Of a DNA stretch of 64,000 nt, positions 51,447 to 64,000 are shown in pieces. The stretch comes from Eledone cirrhosa (lineage: Eukaryota), in NCBI GenBank assembly GCA_964016885.1, contig OZ024761.1:22010001-22074000 (forward strand), given 5' to 3'. Position numbers and translations under genes: made by a program. Each line of letters opens with the position of its first letter. Position 1 is the first letter of the stretch. The notes under the pieces are model-generated. The model was not told the origin of the DNA. It did no database searches and saw only the letters and a program-made list of their open reading frames with translations.

Positions 51447-51592
51447 CATTTTACGTCCTCTTTTTCCTGCTTGCAAGAGTGGGACGGGTCCTATTCAGAA
51501 CAGCATCTCTCCACTTGTCACGGTCCTTTGTCATCTCCTCCGTGTGCTTTAGTGATCTTAGGTCAGCTCTTACCACCTCCACTCATGTTTTT
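51447..51592 (-). mobile_element. RTE-type LINE 3' end including the tail shared with SINE family A
   Basis: Reverse complement matches 46594-46690, then continues cccgtcccactcttgcaagcagg..ggacgtaaaatga. Confidence 0.75.
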
Positions 51593-53808
51593 CGTGCCTT
51601 CTACTGGGATTTCTTGGCACTTCTTTACCCAGCGGTCATCCTCCATGCAGATCACATATCCACAATATGTTCCACAATTAAAGAAATGAAAAAGAACCAA
51701 GAGAAACAACTGAAATGAACCAATGATAAGATTTTGATAAAACAAATTATGTTGTGGAGTACAGGATATCATAAACATGTGTTGGAGAAAGATAATATAA
51801 ACCTAGTGGCAATTACTAGAGACTGTCCAAAGACAGGGGACGATAATTTCAAAAAATTAGAAATAAGTCTTGTCAAAGTATGTCTGTGTTTGTGGAAAAG
51901 GCCAGAATGCCATTGAAGAGTTCTCTGCCCTTGTTAGATTTCACACATCAGGGGCTTCTCTGAATTTGGATGCAATAGTATCTGCCTATTTGATCATGAC
52001 CTCCTTATCAGCCAGTGCGTCCCACTTTATCCTGTAGATCAAGCTGGACCTGCCAGTTTTGTGGGTTCTCTTAATTCCAAGTTACTTTCAAGTTGCAGAT
52101 AACTAGATGTTGATCAGTTGACAGATCAGTCCCTCTCTTAACACAAACATCCAGCATAGAAGAGATCAGAGACATTTAAAAAAAGAATCAATTATTGATC
52201 TCTGTCCTAGGTTCCCCTTATACCATGTCTATTTATGGATGTCTCTGTAATGGAAGAATGTGTTCATAATAGAGGAGAGTCCATTACTAGAACGGAAGTC
52301 TAATAAGTCTTCTCCATTTGCATTTAGATTAGGAACACCATTTCTTTCAATCAGTCCTTTCCATGATAGATGGTCAGTGCCAATATGTGCACTGGAGTCT
52401 CCCAGCAGGATATATCACTCCATCTTAACTACATCTAACATTGCACTGACTTCAAGGAAGTACCTGTATTTGGACTCCTTGTTTGGTTCTTAAACTTGCA
52501 CCACTCATGGCCTAACCATGAACAGGTAAATCCTGGCTTCCTATAGGATCCAGTCCATAACCCATTCTGACAGCCAGGGACTTGTAGGTAGCTCCACTCT
52601 TGTGCAGTCATTTCTTGCACCACACTTGAATAGTGGAGTTTCCAATCCTCCATCCAAATCTACAGTACAAGAACTTTGTCGAAGAAACTCCAACCATATC
52701 TGGCCCCCTTCACCTCATTTCTGCTCCTTACCTGTAACGATTGTAATGTTTGCTCCCTTCTCGAGCCTCTTTGAGGTTTGGGGATACACTAACTTTGTGC
52801 ATCCACCTCACACCTGCCAGGACAGGTCATAGTCCCATTGCCATTCTTTCAATGAGGGTTGCAATATATTTTTCAAACAAGCTCTCTGTCTAACACCTGA
52901 ACATACCACTTGTTATGCGATGGAAGATGTGGCATGATACTATAGTCTAAGGTTATCTTATTCACACCTGCCACCAATTTGATACTTTCATTAGAACCCT
53001 GAAGACTAGGATTTTTTTAGAGGTGGCTTTTATTTGCCTCATTGTAGCTACATCGGTGGGTTGTGAGAGTTTTTCTGAGAGCTTACTGTGTCACCCATTG
53101 CTTCATCTCCCCTAATAGTTTATTGCTATTTCGCCCAGGGCTGATTATTTGTTGGGCAGGAACTTATATAGCATATGCTATATAAAAACCTTTCATTATA
53201 ATTTTATGTAAGAGCCTTTGTTAAGTTATGTTCCAAACACTAGCGTAATAATGAGAAAGTTAGGTATATTACATTAGAAATATGGTTAGGGAAAGGTGAA
53301 AGTATTTATATATATCTAAATCCCTTGTATCATAATTTTATGTAAGAACCTCTGTTAAGTTATGTTCCAAACACCAGCTTAATAATGAGAAAATTAGTTA
53401 TATTAGTAAATCCTTTCAAATTCGAAATAATTTTCAATATGGTTTGAAAAATCATAGGCAGTGTGTTTAATTAAAAATATGGTAATGAGAGGATTAATTG
53501 ATGAATGGAAGGAGAAAATAAAGATGTGAGCAGCTTGAGATGGTTACCTCACAGCTGAGTAAATATATGTGTGTATATATATATATATATGTGTGCGTGT
53601 GTATAGGCTGGCTCTGGTTGGGTATATATGTGTGTATATATATATGTGAGTATAGGCTGGCTCTAGTTGGCTGGTGTATATATATGTGTGTGTATATATA
53701 TATATGTGTGTGTATAGGCTGGCTCTGGTTGGTTGGTGTATATATGTGTGTGTGTATATATATATATGTGTGTGTGTGTAGGCTGGCTCTAGTTGGCTGG
53801 TGTATATA

Positions 53809-53861
<53 letters not shown>

Positions 53862-53920
53862 AGGCTGGCTCTGGTTGGTTGGTGTATATATATGTGTGTA
53901 TATATATATATATGTGTGTG

Positions 53921-53957
<37 letters not shown>

Positions 53958-54337
53958 GTGTGTGTATATATATGTGGTCAACTAGTTAAACCAGTACTGA
54001 ATGACCCCCTCCCCCCATTACTTCCTTAAACACACTTGATAGTCACACTGAGTGCTGACAAATAATTTAGTGGTCATTAAACAGGAATGTTTTAGTGTCT
54101 AGATGTGTGTGTGTGTATATTAGTGTGTATGTGTGTATATATTAGTGCGTATGTGTGTCTAGATGTGTGTGTATATTAGTGTGTATGTGTGTATATATGT
54201 GTCTAGATGTGTGTGTATATGTGTCTATGTATTAGTACTTTAGTGTGTATGCGTGTGTGTATGTATTTGTGCCTTAGTATGTGTGTGTATCTATACACGT
54301 GTATTTATTACGTTGTAAATACACATGTATAGATATG

Positions 54338-54384
<47 letters not shown>

Positions 54385-54484
54385 TCTGTGTGTGTTGTAT
54401 ATATTTGCTCAACCACCATTATTGTCTGTGTATATATACTTCTATCTCTCTCTACACACATATATATACATATATTCATATATA

Positions 54485-55206
54485 TACACCCTCACAGCCA
54501 CCATAATGTCTCTCTCTCTATATATAATATATATATATACCCTCACAGCCACCACAATGTCCCCCTTTCTCTCTCTCTCTCTATATATATACACCCTCAC
54601 AGCCACCACAATGTCCCCCTCTCTCTATATATATATACAACCTCACAGCCACCACAATGTCCCCCTCTCTCTCTATATATATACACCCTCACAGCCACCA
54701 CAATGTCCCCCTCTCTCTCTATATATATACACCCTCACAGCCACCACAATGTCCCCCTCTCTCTCTATATATATACACCCTCACAGCCACCACAATGTCC
54801 CCCTCTCTCTCTATATACACCCTCACAGCCACCACAATGTCCCCCTCTCTCTCTATATATATACACCCTCACAGCCACCACAATGTCCCCCTCTCTCTCT
54901 ATATACACCCTCACAGCCACCACAATGTCCCCCTCTCTCTCTATATATATACACCCTCACAGCCACCACAATGTCCCCCTCTCTCTCTATATACACCCTC
55001 ACAGCCACCACAATGTCCCTCTCTCTCTCTCTATATATATATACACCCTCACAGCCACCACAATGTCCCCCTCTCTCTCTCTATATATATATACACCCTC
55101 ATAGCCACCACAATGTCCCCCCCTCTCTCTCTATATATATATACACCCTCACAGCCACCACAATGTCCCCCTCTCTCTATATATATATACACCCTCACAG
55201 CCACCA
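54485..55206. repeat. About 45-bp minisatellite with embedded (CT)n(TA)n
   Basis: Unit caccctcacagccaccacaatgtcccc(ct)n(at)n. Confidence 0.92.
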
Positions 55207-55470
55207 TAGTAATCTACTCTTATCAGTGTTTGTTTAGTGTAGCAATCAGATTGATTTTTCTTTCTTTCAAAATATTTATATCTCCCCCTGTCCCCATACC
55301 CAGTGTTGTAATATTGGCTGTTATTGATTTATTGCTGTCTGTCTGTCTGACTTTATAGAACATACTCAATAACTTAGTATATTATTATTTGTTGAAAGAT
55401 GGGTGAGAGAGGAGAAAATGGTCTGAGTGAAGGTACTGTAGATTGGAGGTGGAAAACTGGGAGAGGGCAT

Positions 55471-58400
55471 TGGTGGTGTGTGTGACACAGTTGTAGTACT
55501 GGTGGTGTGTGTGACATAGTTATAGTACTGGTGGTGTGTGTGACACAGTTATAGTACTGGTGGTGTGTGTGACATAGTTATAGTACTGGTGGTGTGTTTG
55601 ACACAGTTATAGTACTGGTGGTGTGTGTGACAGTTATAGTACTGGTGGTGTGTTTGACACAGTTATAGTACTGGTGGTGTGTGTGACACAGTTGTAGTAC
55701 TGGTGGTGTATGTGACACAGTTGTAGTACTGGTGGTGTGTGTGTGACACAGTTATAGTACTGGTGGTGTGTGTGTGACATAGTTATAGTACTGGTGGTAT
55801 GTGTGACATAGTTATAGTACTGGTGGTGTGTGTGTGACACAGTTATAGTACTGGTGGTGTATGTGACACAGTTATAGTACTGGTGGTGTGTTTGACACAG
55901 TTGTAGTACTGGTGGTGTATGTGACACAGTTGTAGTACTGGTGGTGTGTGTGACACAGTTATAGTACTGGTGGTGTGTGTGTGACATAGTTATAGTACTG
56001 GTGGTATGTGTGACATAGTTATAGTACTGGTGGTGTGTGTGACATAGTTATAGTACTGGTGGTGTGTGTGACACAGTTATAGTACTGGTGCTGTGTGTGA
56101 CACAGTTATAGTACTGGTGGTGTGTGTGACACAGTTATAGTACTGGTGGTGTGTGTGACACAGTTATAGTACTGGTGGTGTGTGTGACAGTTATAGTACT
56201 GGTGGTGTGTGTGTGACACAGTTATAGTACTGGTGGTGTGTGTGACATAGTTATAGTACAGGTGGTGTGTGTAACAGTTATAGTACTGGTGGTGTGTGTG
56301 ACATAGTTATAGTACTGGTGGTGTGTGTGACAGTTATAGTACTGGTGGTGTGTGTGTGACACAGTTATAGGACTGGTGGTGTGTGTGACATAGTTATAGT
56401 ACTGGTGGTGTGTGTGTGACATAGTTATAGTACTGGTGATGTGTGTGTGACACAGTTATAGTACTGGTGGTGTGTGTGACGCAGTTGTAGTACTGGAGGT
56501 GTGTGTGATACAGTTATAGTACTGGTGGTGTGTGTGACACAGTTATAGTACTGGTGGTGTGTTTGACATAGTTATAGTACTGGTGGTGTGTTTGACATAG
56601 TTATAGTACTGGTGGTGTGTGTGTGACATAGTTATAGTACAGGTGGTGTGTGTGACACAGTTATAGTACTGGTGGTGTGTGTGACGCAGTTGTAGTACTG
56701 GTGGTGTGTGTGACACAGTTATAGTACTGGTGGTGTGTGACACAGTTATAGTACTGGTGGTGTGTTTGACACAGTTATAGTACTGGTGGTGTGTGTGACA
56801 CAGTTGTAGTACTGGTGGTGTGTGTGACACAGTTGTAGTACTGGTGGTGTGTGTGACACAGTTATAGTACAGGTGGTGTGTGTGACATAGTTGTAGTACT
56901 GGTGGTGTGTGTGACGCAGTTGTAGTACTGGTGGTGTGTTTGACATAGTTATAGTACAGGTGGTGTGTGTGACACAGTTATAGTACTGGTGGTGTGTATG
57001 ACACAGTTATAGTACTGGTGGTGTGTGCGACACAGTTATAGTACTGGTGGTGTGTGTGACAGTTATAGTACTGGTGGTGTGTGTGACACAGTTATAGTAC
57101 TGGTGGTGTGTGTGACACAGTTATAGTACTGGTGGTGTGTGTGTGACACAGTTATAGTACTGGTGGTGTGTGTGTGACACAGTTATAGTACTGGTGGTGT
57201 GTATGACACAGTTATAGTACTGATGGTGGGTGTGACACAGTTATAGTACTGGTGGTGTGTATGACACAGTTATAGTACTGGTGGTGTGTGTGACACAGTT
57301 ATAGTACTGGTGGTGTGTATGACACAGTTATAGTACTGGTGGTGTGTATGACACAGTTATAGTACTGTTGGTGTGTATGACATAGTTATAGTGCTGGTGG
57401 TGTGTATGACACAGTTGTAGTACTGGTGGTGTGTGTGACACAGTTATAGTACTGGTGGTGTGTGTGTGACATACTTATAGTACTGGTGGTGTGTGTGACA
57501 TAGTTATAGTACTGGTGGTGTGTGTGACACAGTTATAGTACTGGTGCTGTGTGTGTGACACAGTTATAGTACTGGCGGTGTGTGTGTGACACAGTTATAG
57601 TACTGGTGGTGTGTGTGACACAGTTATAGTACTGGTGGTGTGTGTGACACAGTTATAGTACTGGTGCTGTGTGTGTGACACAGTTATAGTACTGGCGGTG
57701 TGTGTGTGACACAGTTATAGTACTGATGGTGTGTGTGACACAGTTATAGTACTGGTGGTGTGTGTGATACAGTTATAGTACTGGTGGTGTGTGTGACACA
57801 GTTATAGTACTGGTGGTGTGTGTGACACAGTTGTAATACTGGTGGTGTGTGTGACACAGTTGTAGTACTGGTGGTGTGTGTGGCACAGTTATAGTACTGG
57901 TGGTGTGTGTGACACAGTTGTAGTACTGGTAGTGTGTGTTACACAGTTATAGTACTGGTGGTGTGTGTGACACAGTTATAGTACTGGTGGTGTGTGTGAC
58001 ATAGTTATAGTACTGGTGGTGTGTGTGACACAGTTATAGTACTGGTGGTGTGTGTGACACAGTTATAGTACTGGTGGTGTGTGTGACACAGATATAGTAC
58101 TGATGGTGTGTGTGACACAGTTATAGAACCGGTGGTGTGTGTGACACAGTTGTAGTACTGGTGGTGTGTGTGACACAGTTATACTACTGGTGGTGTGTAT
58201 GACACAGTTATAGTACTGGTGGTGTGTGTGTGACACAGTTATAGTACTGGTGCTGTGTGTGTGACACAGTTATAGTACTGGCGGTGTGTGTGTGACACAG
58301 TTATAGTACTGGTGGTGTGTATGACACAGTTATAGTACTGATGGTGTGTATGACACAGTTGTAGTACTGGTGGTGTGTGTGACAGTTATAGTACTGGTGT

Positions 58401-60505
58401 GTATGACAATTATAGTACTGGTGGTGTGTGTGACATAATTATAGTACTGGTGGTGTGTGTGACATAGTTATAGTACTGATGGTGTGTATGACACAGTTAT
58501 AGTACTGATGGTGTGTATGACACAGTTATAGTACTGGTGGTGTGTGTGACACAGTTATAGTACTGGTGGTGTGTATGACATAGTTGTAGTACTGGTGGTG
58601 TGTATGACACAGTTACAGTAATGGTGGTGTGTGTGACATAGTTATAGTACTGGTGGTGTGTGTGACACAGTTATAGTACTGGGGGGTGTGTATGACTCAG
58701 TTATAGTACTGGTGGTGTGTGTGTGACACAGTTGTAGTACTGGTGGTGTGTATGACACAGTTGTAGTACTGGTGGTGTGTGTATGACACAGTTGTAGTAC
58801 ATGTGGTGTGTGACACAGTTGTAGTACTGGTGGTGTGTGTGACAGTTATAGTACTGGTGGTGTGTGTGTGACACAGTTGTAGTACAGGTGGTGTGTGTGA
58901 CACAGTTGTAGTACTGGTGGTGTGTGTGTGACACAGTTATAGTACTGGCGGTGTGTGTGTGACACAGTTGTAGTACAGGTGGTGTATGTGACACAGTTAT
59001 AGTACTGCTGGTGTATGTGACACAGTTATAGTACTGCTGGTGAGTGTGACACAGTTGTATTACTGCTGGTGTGTGTGACAGAGTTATAGTACTGATGGTG
59101 TGTGTGTCACAGTTGTAGTACTGGTGGTGTGTGTGACACAGTTGTAATAATGGTGGTGTGTATGACACAGTTGTAGTACTGGTGGTGTGTATGACACAGT
59201 TGTAGTACTGGTGGTGTGTATGACACAGTTGTAGTACTGGTGGTGTGTGTGACACAGTTATAGTACTGGTGGTGTGTATGACACAGTTATAGTACTGGTG
59301 GTATGTATGACACAGTTGTAGTACTGGTGGTGTGTGTGACACAGTTGTAGTACTGGTGGTGTGTGTGTGACACAGTTATAGTACTGGTGGTGTGTATGAC
59401 TCAGTTATAGTACTGGTGGTGTGTGTGACACAGTTATAGTACAGGTGGTGTGTGTGACACAGTTATAGTACTGGTGGTGTGTGTGACACAGTTATAGTAC
59501 TGGTGGTGTGTATGACACAGTTACAGTAATGGTGGTGTGTGTGACACAGTTATAGTACTGGTGTATATGACACAGTTATAGTACTGATGGTGGGTGTGAC
59601 ACAGTTATAGTACTGGTGGTGTGTGTGACACAGTTATAGTACTGGTGGTGTGTGTGACACAGTTATAGTACTGGTGGTGTGTGTGACACAGTTATAGTAC
59701 TGGTGGTGTATATGACATAGTTATAGTACTGGTGGTGTGTGTGACACAGTTATAGTACTGCTGGTGTGTGTGACACAGTTATAGTACTGGTGGTGTGTGT
59801 GACACAGTTATAGTACTGGTGGTCTGTGTGACACAGTTATAGTACTGGTGTATATGACACAGTTATAGTACTGGTGCTTAGTGTGACATAGTTATAGTAC
59901 TGGTGGTGTGTGTGACACCGTTATAGTACTGGTGGTGTGTGTGACATAGTTATAGTACTGGTGGTGTGTGTGTGACACAGTTATAGTGCTGGTGGTGTGT
60001 GTGACACAGTTATATTACAGGTGGTGTGTGTGACACAGTTGTAGTACTGGTGGTGTGTGTGACACAGTTGTAGTACTGGTGGTGTGTATGACATAGTTAT
60101 AGTACTGGTGGTGTGTGTGTGACACAGTTATAGTACTGGTGGTGTGTGACACAGTTATAGTACTGATGGTGTGTGTGACACAGTTATAGTACTGGTGGTG
60201 TGTGTGACACAGTTATAGTACTGGTGGTGTGTGTGACACAGTTATAGTACTGGTGGTGTGTGTGACACAGTTATAGTACTGGTGGTGTGGGTGACACAGT
60301 TATAGTACTGGTGGTGTGTGTGACACAGTTGTAGTACTGGTGGTGTGTGTGACACAGTTATAGTACTGGTGGTGTGTGTGACAGTTATAGTACTGGTGTG
60401 TGTGTGACACAGTTATAGTACTGGTGGTGTGTATGACACTGTTATAGTACTGGTGGTGTGTATGACACTGTTATAGTACTGGTGGTGTGTATGACAGTTA
60501 TAGTA
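55471..60505. repeat. About 29-bp satellite, roughly 170 copies over 5 kb
   Basis: Unit gacacagttatagtactggtggtgtgtgt with variable (GT)n. Confidence 0.97.
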
Positions 60506-60592
60506 TGACATGTGCCATGCTTGTCGTACCCTATATATGTCTCTACATACATATATATGTTATTAATATTATCCCAATGACAACAGTAAATA

Positions 60593-62373
60593 TCCTTTAA
60601 CATTTACATTACTCTATATATACTATTGTATTTGCATAGTAAAGGCTTTACCTCACATAATATCTCACATAACATTTACATTACTCTATATATACTATTG
60701 TATTTTCACAGTAAAGGCTTTACCTCACAAATCTCACATAACATTTACATTACTCTATATATACTATTGTATTTTCACAGTAAAGGCTTTACCTCACATA
60801 ATATCTCACATTGCTCTATATATACTATTGTATTTTCACAGTAAAGGTTTTACCCCACATAATATCTCAGATAACATTTACATTACTCTATATATACTAT
60901 TGTATTTTCACAGTAAAGGCTTTACCTTACATAATATCTCACATAACATTTACATTACTCTATATATACTATCGTATTTTCACAGTAAAGACTTTACTTC
61001 ACATAATATCTCACATAACATTTACATTACTCTATATATACTAGTGTATTTTCACAGTAAAGGCTTTACCTCACATAATATCTCACATAACATTTACATT
61101 GCTCTATATATACTATTGTATTTTCACAGTAAAGGCTTTACCTTACATAATATCTCACATAACATTTACATTGCTCTATATATACTATTGTATTTTCACA
61201 GTAAAGGCTTTACCTTACATAATATCTCACATAACATTTACATTGCTCTATATATACTATTGTATTTTCACAGTAAAGGCTTTACCTTACATAATATCTC
61301 ACATAACATTTACATTGCTCTGTATATACTATTGTATTTTCACAGTAAAGGGTTTACCTTACATAATATCTCACATAACATTTACATTGCTCTATATATA
61401 CTATTGTATTTTCACAGTAAAGGCTTTACCTCACATAATATCTCACATAATATTTACATTACTCTATATATACTATTGTATTTTCACAGTAAAGGCTTTA
61501 CCTTACATAATATCTCACATAACATTTACATTACTCTATATATACTATTGTATTTTCACAGTAAAGGCTTTACCTCACATAATATCTCACATAACATTTA
61601 CATTACTCTATATATACTATTGTATTTTCACAGTAAAGGCTTTACCTCACATAATATCTCACATAACATTTACATTACTCTATATATACTATTGTATTTT
61701 CACAGTAAAGGCTTTACCTTACATAATATCTCACATAACATTTACATTACCCTATATATACTATTGTATTTTCACAGTAAAGGCTTTACCTCACATAATA
61801 CCTCACATAACATTTACATTACTCTATATATACTATTGTATTTTCACAGTAAAGGTTTTACCTCACATAATATCTCACATAATATTTACATTACTCTATA
61901 TATACTATTGTATTTTCACAGTAAAGGCTTTACCTCACATAATATCTCACATAATATTTACATTACTCTATATATACTATTGTATTTTCACAGTAAAGGC
62001 TTTACCTTACATAATATCTCACATAACATTTACATTACTCTATATATACTATTGTATTTTCACAGTAAAGGCTTTACCTCACATAATATCTCACATAACA
62101 TTTACATTACTCTATATATACTATTGTATTTTCACAGTAAAGGCTTTACCTTACATAATATCTCACATAACATTTACATTACTCTATATATACTATTGTA
62201 TTTTCACAGTAAAGGCTTTACCTCACATAATTATCTCACATAATATCGAATCTACGAGATTCTGATATTATTTATTTTGAGAACAATACCTTAACATCAG
62301 TATGAGCAGCCGGTTTGATCAGAAAGAATTGAGAGAATTCCGGCCAGATATGGCCAGTTTAAATACTAAAGGG
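60593..62373 (+). mobile_element. TTAA MITE inflated by about 23 copies of a 72-bp unit
   Basis: Array spans about 60601-62240. The MITE body follows and ends aaatactaaaggg|ttaa, 31 nt before a MED13 exon. Confidence 0.85.
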
Positions 62374-62404
62374 TTAATAAGTGTGTATTATTTTTCTGTT
62401 ATAG

Positions 62405-62530
62405 ATAGCAATGAAGCAGCAATGTCAGCTCTGCAGCAGGGTTGTTTAGCTGTCGATAATTGTTCTCCTTCAAAACTAGATGATACCCAGATTAAATCCT
62501 CCTGTTTACATAGATGGCCTTACTTGCAAG
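62405..62530 (+). CDS. MED13: MED13 coding exon
   Basis: atag|AT...G|gtaagt. ALQQGCLAVDNCSPSKLDDTQIKSSCLHRW resembles MED13 'ALE.GRQ..DN..GGKVDEALVKSSCLH.W'. Phase 1 to 1. Confidence 0.92.
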
Positions 62531-63337
62531 GTAAGTCTACAATTCTCTGCTTATTCACCCTTTATTTTTAATCATTAAATAACCACTTTGCAGTTCAGCA
62601 TTTCACATGATATCTATCCATCTATCTACCTATCTATCTACCTACTTTTGGAAGAAGAGTCAGGATGGAGAGAGAGGTGCTGTACCCCAGAAAGTTTTAT
62701 GAAAGGTGGGTGAAAGTGGTGAGAATGGCCCGAGTGAATGGGCCTTCTCTCTATATCAGCCTTTAAGTTGAGGAAAAAGAGGAAGAGAGCAAAGGGGTAT
62801 TCACTCTTCGTACTCCTGGAGATGAGGGTTGCACATTTTTTCGGGGGTATGTGTTACCCATATGTAATGTCTCCCCCTATTGGGGAAAATCGATTAACTT
62901 TTAAATTGCATTTGTGATAATATTTTACACGTTTTTATTGTATGTAAACTTCCCCCTTTGTATTTGTCCTCTTCTTTGTGCCCCTGTGGCTAATAAAGAA
63001 ACATATCTATCTATCTGTCTATCTATGCATCTACCTACCTACCTACCTACCTATGTGTGTCTGTCTCGTTCCTACAAAATACCCTCTAAACTTTCAGCAA
63101 TGTTTATATTTCTGTCTCTTTCTCTTTGTCTCTGTGATCCCAGATGCCAATAAAATACCTCTCACCTTTCAACAACAATGTCTCCCTATATATATATATA
63201 TATACACATATATACACACATATATACATATATACACACACACACACACACACATACATATATATATACACACACACATACATACACACACACACACATA
63301 TACACATATATATATATCTTTCTGTCTGTGATTCCAG

Positions 63338-63508
63338 GTGCCAACAGAATACCTCTAAACTCGCAGGATGTCCTACGCCTGTTGAAATCTTTACAGCCTT
63401 TACTGTCGGATGCTATACAGAAGAAACGCACCATGCGGTTATGGGAACACACTTATAAGTTGTCTGGTCCTCTTAGTTGGAAAGATTTCCACCAGCTGGC
63501 AGGCAGAG
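63338..63508 (+). CDS. MED13: MED13 coding exon (last seen; gene continues past window)
   Basis: ttccag|GT...G|gtaagt. [24 protein letters not shown]...[14 protein letters not shown] matches MED13 '[20 protein letters not shown]...GPLTW.QFHK.AGRG'. Confidence 0.97.
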
Positions 63509-63567
63509 GTAAGTGTTGCACATGGGTGGTGTTTATTTTAGATAGGTGGCAATTGTACTGAGGCTTG

Positions 63568-64000
63568 GGTAGTGAATGTAGAGGATGTGTGGTGCTACAT
63601 GGTAGTGAATGTAGAGGATGTGTGGTGCTACATGGTAGTGAATGTAGAGGATGTGTGGTGCTACATGGTAGTGAATGTAGAGGATGTGTGGTGCTACATG
63701 GTAGTGAATGTAGAGGATGTGTGGTGCTACATGGTAGTGAATGTAGAGGATGTGTGGTGCTACATGGTAACAAATGTAGAGGATGTGTGGTGCTACATGG
63801 TAGTGAATGTAGAGGATGTGTGGTGCTACATGGTAGTGAATGTAGAGGGTGCGTGGTGCTACATGGTAGTGAATGTAGAGGATGCGTGGTGCTACATGGT
63901 AGTGAATGTAGAGGATGCGTGGTGCTACATGGTAGTGAATGTAGAGGATGTGTGGTGCTACATGGTAGTGAATGTAGAGGATGTGTGGTTCTACATGGTA
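63568..64000. repeat. 33-bp minisatellite running off the window end
   Basis: Unit ggtagtgaatgtagaggatgtgtggtgctacat. Confidence 0.95.

Noticed and set aside
60828-62265. 471 aa and 388 aa ORFs
   Set aside because: The 24-residue periodicity comes from the 72-bp MITE-derived array.

Overview
Animal genomic DNA, AT-rich and saturated with microsatellites and minisatellites. The SINE/MITE repertoire suggests a coleoid cephalopod such as Octopus (inference). The window holds the middle of one + strand gene, MED13 (Mediator kinase-module subunit 13; MED13/MED13L/skuld family). I traced 15 coding exons from 12586 to 63508 (3926 nt, about 1309 codons), all with GT-AG boundaries and consistent phases. 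The 5' and 3' ends of the gene lie outside the window. Nearly all other ORFs in the track are repeat artefacts. The introns contain tRNA-derived SINEs, RTE-LINE 3' fragments, TTAA and TA MITEs, and many tandem arrays that are amplified pieces of those elements. The most unusual signal is a cluster of type I hammerhead ribozyme motifs. Three have intact cores: 2519-2642 (+), 14298-14364 (-) and 22815-22893 (-). The first has a branched stem II and the third sits inside 74-bp inverted repeats. Several degenerate copies also occur, some as head-to-head palindromes. All folds were paired by eye and none has been tested.
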